DNA of 64,000 bases from a plasmid. Position numbers and translations under genes: made by a program. The stretch lies in sequence record NZ_MK262712.1; one strand, given 5' to 3'. Under the pieces are notes generated by a model that worked only from the letters and a program-made list of their open reading frames with translations, was not told the origin of the DNA and did no database searches. This document shows positions 10,376 through 18,509 of this stretch, one piece after another (position 1 is the first letter of the stretch; the number at the start of each line of letters is the position of its first letter).

Positions 10376-11512
10376 ATGACAGATAAAACCAAACTGGTTG
10401 CTATCTCACGAACCGATGACATGAGCGCTCTGGATGCACTCAAGCTCTTGCGGTTTCGCCGGTACAATACGGCCAGAAGTCAGTTAAGGGTCACGAGTGT
10501 CTGGTCTGCATGGTGCGCCAGGCACGGTCTGACCCCCTTCCCGGTCACAGCGGTTGATGTCGAGCGCTATATTAATGGGCTGAATGGATCCGTTAAAATG
10601 GCGACTATCTCTCATTTTATTGCATGCCTTTCAAGCGTTAACAGCAGCCTGGGTTTTCCAGACTTCCGCAACGTTCTGATAAAAGCACTGGTTCAGGTAT
10701 GGCGGGCGCGGGAGAATGAGAAAAAAATCGTCACCGGTCAGGCCCTTCCATTTCTTATATCCGATCTCAATATTCTTCGCCGGTCGCTGCATAAAAGCGA
10801 CGACCTGAGAGACATACGGGACCTTGCAATGATATGGGTTGGGTTTGAAACCCTGCTGCGTAACGTGGAAATTCGAAGGATTAAAACCGGCGACCTGAAA
10901 TGGCAAAATGACACGTCCTGTTACCTTCTGGACGTCATGCGGACCAAGACAAGCCTTTCAAGTAACCTGACATTTCAGCTCTCACCACAATGCAGTCAGC
11001 ATGTCAGACGGTTGATTGAGACGGTGGAATACACCGATACCGAAACCTTCGGGCACCGTTTTCTTTTTCAGCCTGTAAACATCCATACAAACCGATATTT
11101 CCCGTCCACCAGCAGTAAGCTATCACGGGGAAAATCCATAGACAGGATGCTGGTCAAAGCAGGATTCAGTGAGGGGTTACTGACGCAGCTACAGAATGAA
11201 TCAAAGGTATCACGGGAAGATGTTGGTATGCTGTCCTCTAATTCACTGAACCAGGCATTTGCACGCCTCTGGGGGATTGCCGGGAAGGTCGGCGACAGTA
11301 ACCGACAGTCCGGGCGGTACCGGACATGGACAGGACACAGTGTGCGTGTGGGGGGAGCCATAGAGCTGTTTAAGGCCGGGTACTCCCTGGAAAAGATTAC
11401 CGAGATGGGGAACTGGTCTGATCCAAAGATGGTCTTCCGTTATATCCGTGGATATCTTGCCAGTGAAAAAGCCATGGTAAGCTTTATGCGTAATCATCTG
11501 GACGACATATAG
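10376..11512 (+). CDS. Tyrosine-type site-specific recombinase/integrase.
   Basis: 378-aa ORF whose C-terminal catalytic region fits the integrase R…HxxR…Y pattern (…HSVRVGGAIELFKAGYSLEKITEMGNWSDPKMVFRYIRGY). Its ATG lies about 10 bp after the intron 3' end. Confidence 0.75.
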   Translation: MTDKTKLVAISRTDDMSALDALKLLRFRRYNTARSQLRVTSVWSAWCARHGLTPFPVTAVDVERYINGLNGSVKMATISHFIACLSSVNSSLGFPDFRNVLIKALVQVWRARENEKKIVTGQALPFLISDLNILRRSLHKSDDLRDIRDLAMIWVGFETLLRNVEIRRIKTGDLKWQNDTSCYLLDVMRTKTSLSSNLTFQLSPQCSQHVRRLIETVEYTDTETFGHRFLFQPVNIHTNRYFPSTSSKLSRGKSIDRMLVKAGFSEGLLTQLQNESKVSREDVGMLSSNSLNQAFARLWGIAGKVGDSNRQSGRYRTWTGHSVRVGGAIELFKAGYSLEKITEMGNWSDPKMVFRYIRGYLASEKAMVSFMRNHLDDI

Positions 11513-11530
11513 ATTTTACTGAGAGAAACG

Positions 11531-11562
11531 CCAGCACTCAGCAACATGTTTCTGAGCGCTGG
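11531..11562. terminator. Bidirectional hairpin between the convergent recombinase gene and the 105-aa gene.
   Basis: CCAGCACTCAG-n10-CTGAGCGCTGG inverted repeat. Confidence 0.45.
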
Positions 11563-11577
11563 TCACTTATGAACTTT

Positions 11578-11895
11578 TCAGATATTCAGTTCTTTCAAAT
11601 CTGTCACAACAAAATCCCCTTTTCCTGAAAGACTGTCAAAATCATCGAGTGTAAATTCATGGGTGTGATACCAAATGACCCTGCATGTGGGGCAGGTAAC
11701 AGGTAACAAATCTTCCGCTAACTTTTCGCTGTTATGGATAACCTCACCCATCTCGTTATGTTCGACAATATAACCACTTATGCAAAGGGTTTCGTACCCA
11801 TGAGCACCGGTAACAATATGGGTTGCTGTTCTCTCACGAATTTCCCCATTAATTTTAATCTGCTCTCGAGTGGTAATCGTTCTTTTATTATTCAT
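11578..11895 (-). CDS. Hypothetical protein (105 aa).
   Basis: ORF only. Confidence 0.35.
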   Translation of the reverse strand: MNNKRTITTREQIKINGEIRERTATHIVTGAHGYETLCISGYIVEHNEMGEVIHNSEKLAEDLLPVTCPTCRVIWYHTHEFTLDDFDSLSGKGDFVVTDLKELNI

Positions 11896-12039
11896 GAAAA
11901 CTCCGGATGATATTTAAAAACGGCTGACATTGCTCCCTGCTTCGGAATAATTGTGAAGGCAGCCAGGAAACCTGAAAATATGTTACCCTGTGCCTGAATC
12001 AGTTCTGGTGCGTCTCACGAATGAAAATGAGAGGCGATA

Positions 12040-12369
12040 TCATGGATTATCCTTTTTGAGCAGCTTTTCTTCTTTTCTTTGTTTTTTTAATCTCCGTTTT
12101 GCCCGGAAATTTGCAACGGTATAGAGAGTGACAGATGCAATGAAATTCACCAGTGCAGCAAACTCTACTGCCAGATTGATCACGGCAGGTTTGACAGGAA
12201 GCCAGAGTGAGACAAGGAGAAGGAGGAACGATGTGATACACCGTAAGGCGTGTACATTAGAGCCTCCACTCTGGTTAATCATACCCGTACCGGAACAGAT
12301 TTTGTTTGTCAGATAATTTAATCCGAATGCACAAACAGCAGTTACTAACAAGAAAATAGCGTAAGTCAT
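12040..12369 (-). CDS. Small membrane protein (109 aa, two or three hydrophobic helices) with a Lys/Arg-rich tail.
   Basis: ORF with hydrophobic segments. Confidence 0.35.
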   Translation of the reverse strand: MTYAIFLLVTAVCAFGLNYLTNKICSGTGMINQSGGSNVHALRCITSFLLLLVSLWLPVKPAVINLAVEFAALVNFIASVTLYTVANFRAKRRLKKQRKEEKLLKKDNP

Positions 12370-13124
12370 TTTTCCTCCAGAGGCTTTAATCTTAATTTGA
12401 CCACGTTAACCAGTTTCATTACTCCCGCCTCATCCGGTACGAAAATGTAACGACATCTCGGCCATGTCGCGTGTGTAAATATCTTACCAGCGGTGTTGAT
12501 ATTCAGAGGCATAAGCCTTTCAGTCTTACTCAACGGCATTTTCTCTATCGGGATCAACCCTGACTTAAAACTTTTTATCATTAAGTCGAGAGGGGTTTTA
12601 CAATCTTTATTGCTCATCGTTTCTGTGTAACGGATCATCCCGGCAATCGTTACCTGTATCGTTCCTATATCAGATTCGAATTTCGGCAGCACCGGCCAGT
12701 AAGGAATTTCAAAATCCACACTGGTAAGCGCCTGTTCGTAACCCTGCTCATTTGTTTCTGCAACCGTTTTAAGGCCTGGAAACCGGGCGTGCATAAATTT
12801 GATAATCTTTACCACATTGGGCGTGCTGGCCTGACGCTGATATATCTCTGGCAGCCATGTGGACGTGGTGGCCCATGTCGTGGTGCATGCATAAGTTTTT
12901 TGCTCCATATGCCATAAAATAGAGGTGTCAGCCAGGAAGTGATGAACAGTCAACAGCTCGGCCAGCAGCCGATCTTCATCTGGATGTGTTATGGCATTTT
13001 TGAAACAGACCTGTACACGAAAACGTTCTTTTGCAGACAGAAAAGTGTTTCCCCTACTGACGGCCACTTTGTATAACCTCCTGGCCGGATCAGCTTCACA
13101 AATCCCGGTTAAAATCCGGCTCAT
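12366..13124 (-). CDS. Hypothetical protein (252 aa). Its start is coupled to the upstream gene by an ATGA stop/start overlap.
   Basis: ORF with a 4-bp overlap to the 13121 gene. Confidence 0.45.
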   Translation of the reverse strand: MSRILTGICEADPARRLYKVAVSRGNTFLSAKERFRVQVCFKNAITHPDEDRLLAELLTVHHFLADTSILWHMEQKTYACTTTWATTSTWLPEIYQRQASTPNVVKIIKFMHARFPGLKTVAETNEQGYEQALTSVDFEIPYWPVLPKFESDIGTIQVTIAGMIRYTETMSNKDCKTPLDLMIKSFKSGLIPIEKMPLSKTERLMPLNINTAGKIFTHATWPRCRYIFVPDEAGVMKLVNVVKLRLKPLEEK

Positions 13125-14080
13125 TTTGACTCCCTGATGACTTCCACCAGCCCTATACGGGGCAGGACAGAACGATATTTTTCATTAAAATCGCCGCGCT
13201 TCTGCCTTTCACCTTTTACGTAATTTTTTAACGGATTAAACCGGCCCGGTTCGCTGAACAAAATTAATGGTAAAGGCGCGCGAAAGTTGAGTTTGTACGG
13301 CCCATGAACATCATCTGGATCTTCAGGACTGGTGTACCGGATATTGACGTTAACAGCCGGAAAGTTACTTTCCCGGATAAGCCGAAATTTTCTCAAATTT
13401 TCATCGTCATGACTCACTTCATCATTGAGCAACGACAGCATCATGATTTCTTCGGTTCGTTCCTGTTTCAGCCGTTCAACATCCTGTTTTGTCAGACTGA
13501 TATCCGGCTGGAGCTCAGTTATCTCCCTGCGTAAGCGGTCGATAACCGTTTCCAGCCGGGTAAATTTATGAATGACAGGGATTTGCCAGGTGAACCCCAG
13601 GGAGCGAATTTGCTCAGTAACGATCCGGATATTACGGGACACCTGTAAAGTCACCAGCCACGGGTAAACCTGGTGCAGAATTTCTGACCGGGAGTCCTGG
13701 TAATGAGTGATAGCTTTTACAGCATCAGCAAATTTGTCACGAAGCCGGTTGATTTCACCCACCAGCGACATCACCTGATCATGATTGTTTCTGACCACAA
13801 CGAACCCGGGGTATTTTCGGGTGATTTTGGTTGAATAATGCTCATCCCTGACATGGACTTTATCAACCCGCTGCTGCCGGTAAATATCCACCAGGGTGTC
13901 GACGTCGGGTACCGAATGAGTCACATTGATTTCCTGTGGCGGATTCAACTCCTCAACACTACGGGGCTCCGGGAGCGAGGCAAGGTAAGATGAGCCGATA
14001 TCGCTGTGACGGAGTAAACTGTGCAGCTCACCGAGTTTGCGTAGTTGCTCTTCGTTGTAATGGGCAAAGTCAGTATTCAT
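13121..14080 (-). CDS. Hypothetical protein (319 aa).
   Basis: A long ORF. It carries the backbone palindrome at 13361, embedded in a longer GGAAAGTTACTTTCC. Confidence 0.45.
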   Translation of the reverse strand: MNTDFAHYNEEQLRKLGELHSLLRHSDIGSSYLASLPEPRSVEELNPPQEINVTHSVPDVDTLVDIYRQQRVDKVHVRDEHYSTKITRKYPGFVVVRNNHDQVMSLVGEINRLRDKFADAVKAITHYQDSRSEILHQVYPWLVTLQVSRNIRIVTEQIRSLGFTWQIPVIHKFTRLETVIDRLRREITELQPDISLTKQDVERLKQERTEEIMMLSLLNDEVSHDDENLRKFRLIRESNFPAVNVNIRYTSPEDPDDVHGPYKLNFRAPLPLILFSEPGRFNPLKNYVKGERQKRGDFNEKYRSVLPRIGLVEVIRESK

Positions 14081-14122
14081 ATCGTCTCCCGTATCGTATT
14101 CCTGAACGTGCGACGGTAATCG

Positions 14123-14530
14123 TTAAACAAACTCTGGTAAAGACTTAAACGTCAGCCATACAGGCTGGCGTCGCCCGTCCCGGCATACTCTGACGAGGCG
14201 ATAACGGTTTTTCTCCATCGTGACCAGCCAGTACCCATCGGAGACAGGGCGGTCGAGAGTGACCAGTTTTAACCCGTAAAAACCCATCGAGGTAAACAGA
14301 CGCCCTTCCCGCTCCCGGAAAGAGACCGTAAAGGACGGGAACAGAAGCCAGAATGCAGTGAAGAAAACATACCGGGTATACGGAACAGTCAGTTGTAGAA
14401 TTTCATAGTTCCTGACGGTAGCTGTGACCAGGCCAAGGCTGAATACAGCAGCAATGCTGGCATATACTTTGAAAGACGCGCTATCGGAGTTTTTCCAGGT
14501 AATACCACTAATACAATGCACTTTGCTCAT
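14123..14530 (-). CDS. Hypothetical membrane protein (135 aa).
   Basis: ORF with two hydrophobic segments. Confidence 0.4.
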   Translation of the reverse strand: MSKVHCISGITWKNSDSASFKVYASIAAVFSLGLVTATVRNYEILQLTVPYTRYVFFTAFWLLFPSFTVSFREREGRLFTSMGFYGLKLVTLDRPVSDGYWLVTMEKNRYRLVRVCRDGRRQPVWLTFKSLPEFV

Positions 14531-14539
14531 CGCCTTGCC

Positions 14540-15004
14540 TCAATGTAGTTGTCTGCGCACTTTCATCCGGGGAAGAATTTCTTTCTCCCACAGAGACCTT
14601 GCATTCCCATGCCCCCCCAGGAGTTGCATAGCACAAACCCTGTTAAACACAGTTACTTCTTTCCTGATTGCCTGGGTTTGGCTGTCTGTGAGCTCAATGC
14701 ATTCCGGTACCAGCTGCATAACACCGTTCATCATTTCGGCCTTTATGAGGCCTGGACCGTCTTTTGGGTCGGCCTCACAGGATTCCTTTACATTAAACCC
14801 GAATGAACAAAGAAGCTGGCCCTGTGCCTTAGGCCCCATCTGGACCCCCCGGCTATCGACGGTAAAGCGGACGATCGCGTAATCCCCTCCCTGATCGCTG
14901 GTTATGTTTCTTACCAGCATGCTGACCGGAGTCATATGAAGCCAGCTGTAGATACCCAAAACAATTTCTTCTTTTAAAATCATATTCAATTTACTGGTTC
15001 TCAT
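14540..15004 (-). CDS. Hypothetical protein (154 aa).
   Basis: ORF only. Confidence 0.4.
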   Translation of the reverse strand: MRTSKLNMILKEEIVLGIYSWLHMTPVSMLVRNITSDQGGDYAIVRFTVDSRGVQMGPKAQGQLLCSFGFNVKESCEADPKDGPGLIKAEMMNGVMQLVPECIELTDSQTQAIRKEVTVFNRVCAMQLLGGHGNARSLWEKEILPRMKVRRQLH

Positions 15005-15051
15005 TTTCTAATTTATGAATATGAAAACATAAAAAAAAGCTCTGTAAAGCC

Positions 15052-15294
15052 CTAATCTGTAGAAAGCAAAGGTTTGGTGGCTTTTAACTTGTACTCAATA
15101 AAAATTCCGGCTGCATCTGCAGCTGTTATTTCAGACAATATGGCATCAATGATTTCCGGCTCCGTGATGTTATTGAACCCCTGCTTACGAACCATCTCTT
15201 TAACGCACTCAAAACGTCGGGCTGTTGCCGGGTCGATGACAAATGTATTTAGATGCACATCTTCGCATACGCCAGACGTCTCATTTAGTTTCAT
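15052..15294 (-). CDS. Small hypothetical protein. The start is probably the internal MKLNETSG.
   Basis: ORF whose upstream part overlaps the 15281 gene. Confidence 0.3.
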   Translation of the reverse strand: MKLNETSGVCEDVHLNTFVIDPATARRFECVKEMVRKQGFNNITEPEIIDAILSEITAADAAGIFIEYKLKATKPLLSTD

Positions 15295-15889
15295 GTTCAC
15301 TCTCCAGATCAGGGATGAAGTCAAAGTTGTACGCAATCGCTTTTTCAGGTGATTCACCCGCGATGAGTTTTAACCAGGAGTAAGAGTCTTGCTGGTTAAG
15401 AAAAATAACGAGATACCCTTCATCTGCACTGTTTCGCTGTTTAATGAATTCAATCTCATTATCCATTCCGAAACCAAATGGCCCATGTATAACACGCGAC
15501 TGCTCTGGAAGCATTGAGCTGAACATTGATACCACGACTTCCCTCAGCTCCAAATTTTGGTGCGCAATAAAAGCCACTCTTTTACCTTCCTTAACGGAAG
15601 TTACAATTCGTTTAACACTCGACTTCACGTTATAGCGATACACAATCAACCGGAGCCGGGTCATGCAGAGGAAAATAATACATACGCAGCTGACAAGAGC
15701 CCCATAAGCTGAGCCTTCAATGAACCAGTTAAGGAATCCCAAAACAACCAGTCCCAAAAAAGTGACTATACTCAACAGGAAAATATAAAAGTTAATTTTA
15801 CGGTCTTTTGGATACCAGGTAGATGCAACGGCTATGATAGCCATTACGCCGACTAATGCATACATTGAAAGATCAAACGGATTACTCAT
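15281..15889 (-). CDS. Membrane protein (202 aa) with three N-terminal transmembrane helices and a soluble C-terminal domain.
   Basis: Hydrophobic N-terminal half. Confidence 0.4.
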   Translation of the reverse strand: MSNPFDLSMYALVGVMAIIAVASTWYPKDRKINFYIFLLSIVTFLGLVVLGFLNWFIEGSAYGALVSCVCIIFLCMTRLRLIVYRYNVKSSVKRIVTSVKEGKRVAFIAHQNLELREVVVSMFSSMLPEQSRVIHGPFGFGMDNEIEFIKQRNSADEGYLVIFLNQQDSYSWLKLIAGESPEKAIAYNFDFIPDLESEHETK

Positions 15890-16103
15890 CGATAGTCTCG
15901 CAATCGTGCCCAGGGCAGCCCTTGACAGGTGAAAATTCAGGGCATTCTTGAGTAGTTATAAGTCGCTCACCGGCGTTAAAGCGTATTTGTAAGTCACTAC
16001 GTAAAGCTTCTGCATTCTCCCCCCCCAAAAGGTAGAGCAGAAACTCATCATCAGCCAAAAGTAACTTTTCCAGGTCATAGCACTCGTGTTTGTAGTCCAT
16101 CAT
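15882..16103 (-). CDS. Small hypothetical protein (73 aa).
   Basis: ORF only. It contains a palindrome copy at 16057. Confidence 0.3.
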   Translation of the reverse strand: MMDYKHECYDLEKLLLADDEFLLYLLGGENAEALRSDLQIRFNAGERLITTQECPEFSPVKGCPGHDCETIDE

Positions 16104-16190
16104 TCCTCCTTGAGACTATTAAATCACAGAGGAAAGACAAATTTTCTGTACTAAAGGGCTAAATCTGGAAGATCAAGTAAATTTTTTGGC

Positions 16191-16226
16191 AAAAAAAAAG
16201 CGCATAAAATATGCGCTCTTTTTTTA
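16191..16226. terminator. Bidirectional rho-independent terminator.
   Basis: An A9 run, the hairpin GCGCAT-AAAAT-ATGCGC, then a T9 run. Confidence 0.6.
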
Positions 16227-16244
16227 ATAGACAACAATGGGTAA

Positions 16245-16784
16245 TTAGTTCATACGGAGCATATGGTTCTCAACTCTTGCTATGAAGTTACTCATTGAGG
16301 GAAGGTTTAACTCGTCTCCTATGCGTTTACAGTCAAAAAGTGACTTTGCAGGGGAAAAGTTAAAGCCTTTATTATTAACAAACTCTAAAATCTCTTTCAG
16401 ATAGGAGTTTTTACTTCCGGCACTGAAGGTGTTGAGTAAAGGCCCACGATCTAAAAGTTCACCTGCTGCTTTTTTGGTCAACTTAATACCTTGTTTACTT
16501 ATCATCTTACAATGATAGTACTCAAAGCTTTCGCTACCTTCCCAGTCTAGAGACCTGGAGGAGTGAAACTCAGAAAGCAAAAGCAACATTGTGCCATGAT
16601 CACGAACAACATATAAAAATTCAAAATTACCATTTATCAACGCTTGCTTAACTAAGCGCAAATCTATCTCTATGTCGTAGTCATACCAAGGGCTATTAAC
16701 AAGAGAAGCGGAATGCTTCAGAATGAAGTGTTCCTTAACCCAGTTAAAAACCGATTCGATATCATAATCATAATAAACGTTCAT
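16245..16784 (-). CDS. Hypothetical protein (179 aa).
   Basis: ORF only. It contains palindrome copy 16337. Confidence 0.4.
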   Translation of the reverse strand: MNVYYDYDIESVFNWVKEHFILKHSASLVNSPWYDYDIEIDLRLVKQALINGNFEFLYVVRDHGTMLLLLSEFHSSRSLDWEGSESFEYYHCKMISKQGIKLTKKAAGELLDRGPLLNTFSAGSKNSYLKEILEFVNNKGFNFSPAKSLFDCKRIGDELNLPSMSNFIARVENHMLRMN

Positions 16785-16852
16785 AATTAGCTCTCCTAAA
16801 GTAAAAAAGGGAGAGCCCCACAGGGAGCACTCTCCCTGTATGGGTTATGAAA

Positions 16853-18097
16853 TTATTTAATCAAGTCAAAAAATCTTTCTTCCAGTTTGCCTGGGAAAGC
16901 TTCATGACCCTTGAGCATTAATACATCATTCCAATCGACACCTTTCGCACCATCAGGTATATCCAGTTCAGGCAAATGAATCTCAACCCGGACTGTTGCT
17001 TCAGGATAGCGTTCAGCAAGTAAGGGCTCCATACGGCTCTTGAGAACACGTGCAGCGGACTCACCAGCTGAATTACCGGTGTTTGGATTTACCCGATCTT
17101 TATCTGCCCAAATCGACAATTCAATAAATTGGCAATCAGAAGGTGGCATTAAATACTCAGGTATTTCCAGCATTTCCATAAATGTTGAACTTGAAGATGC
17201 CCAGCAAGGAATTGAAGTCGCCTCAGTTACTGATAGCGCATTCTCAATACCTTCACTAACCCCCAAAAACCATGATTTAGTTTCATCACAGTAAGTTGGT
17301 TTAAATAACTGCATCGAACCACCATTCATCTGGTAGACCGGTTTCATCATTAACTTTGGGTTTTCAACATCAGCTTTTTTAAGTCCATCATCAGTAAGAT
17401 GAGTTTTATGGATAGTGCAATTGCGACCGAATTTATCGTTAAAAATAGCAACCATCGTTGGATGAAAACTGGCTGGCTTATTAGAACCGGGCCAGTATCT
17501 CATCTTAGCATTAAACCCCAGACTAGCTGGAATTTTTGTGAGCATCCGTTTTATACCGCGCCCTGATAGATATCGAGCAACCAATGAATCGGGTGTCACA
17601 AATTTTGTGTATTTATACACGGCTTCTAACTTATTTATACGACTAAGTCTCTCTTCCTCACCAATATCTGAAAAAGATTGAGCTTTTTTGTCATAAAGAA
17701 CAATATTAACACGGTCGGCTTCAGTTAACTTTCTATCCTTGGAAACACCAAGCATTTCAAGAATGTTTTTTGCAGCCTGCGTTTTACTAATGCTTTTTAG
17801 TTCAGCAATTAAATCAATGCCATCAATAAAAGTATTATGGGGATAATCCTCATGAATAGCATGAACACTTTCTAGCGTCCTATCTTTAAATCTGAATTTC
17901 GTTTTGCCACTACCAGTAAACGGGCATTTGACAGAACGTGGAGCTTTTTCTAAAGCCTCCTGAAACTCAGGATAGTACGTTAATACATTACGCCATCCAC
18001 CCAGCTGCTGCACATGAGATTTGACAAGGTCAAAAGTTTCTTGCGCGTACTGCATAGGGGTTTTAGCCGGTGAATTATAATTTGTAGAATGACTCAT
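16853..18097 (-). CDS. Toprim-domain primase-like protein with an N-terminal primase zinc-ribbon-like segment.
   Basis: 414 aa. The N-terminus has KCPFTGSGKTKFRFKD, resembling the primase-helicase zinc-binding motif. The C-terminus has Toprim-like E (VSEGIENA) and DxD (IWADKDRV) motifs. Confidence 0.45.
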   Translation of the reverse strand: MSHSTNYNSPAKTPMQYAQETFDLVKSHVQQLGGWRNVLTYYPEFQEALEKAPRSVKCPFTGSGKTKFRFKDRTLESVHAIHEDYPHNTFIDGIDLIAELKSISKTQAAKNILEMLGVSKDRKLTEADRVNIVLYDKKAQSFSDIGEEERLSRINKLEAVYKYTKFVTPDSLVARYLSGRGIKRMLTKIPASLGFNAKMRYWPGSNKPASFHPTMVAIFNDKFGRNCTIHKTHLTDDGLKKADVENPKLMMKPVYQMNGGSMQLFKPTYCDETKSWFLGVSEGIENALSVTEATSIPCWASSSSTFMEMLEIPEYLMPPSDCQFIELSIWADKDRVNPNTGNSAGESAARVLKSRMEPLLAERYPEATVRVEIHLPELDIPDGAKGVDWNDVLMLKGHEAFPGKLEERFFDLIK

Positions 18098-18207
18098 AAT
18101 ACTCTCCTAGCTGACATTGTGGGTTTCACAATGCCTACTGCAATGCAGATAACATTGAGAAACCCACAACGCAGAATGAAAGAAGTGCCACGAAGTGGCA
18201 CAATCAT

Positions 18208-18438
18208 TTATAAGACTTCGAAACCATTAGCAATATATTTCGCCACCAGTCTTTCAACTGCTGAATCCATTGCTTCGGAATTGTCTTCGGAAAATGTGGC
18301 ATCACGAACTAATCGTTCAACCGGCATAATTCCATTAACAACTTCCCCTTCTGTGACGTATACCTTGGTTCCAATCATCCCACTGTCTAATTGACGAGAG
18401 TCAACGCGAACACGTTTAATATACTTATTACCTTTCAT
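18208..18438 (-). CDS. Small hypothetical protein (76 aa).
   Basis: ORF only. A 17-bp perfect palindrome lies just downstream. Confidence 0.3.
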   Translation of the reverse strand: MKGNKYIKRVRVDSRQLDSGMIGTKVYVTEGEVVNGIMPVERLVRDATFSEDNSEAMDSAVERLVAKYIANGFEVL

Positions 18439-18509
18439 ATGTTTGCTCCTTAAAGGCGAGCAAACATACCCATGCGGGTATATAAGCCCGCTTGGGAAGA
18501 TAATAGAAG

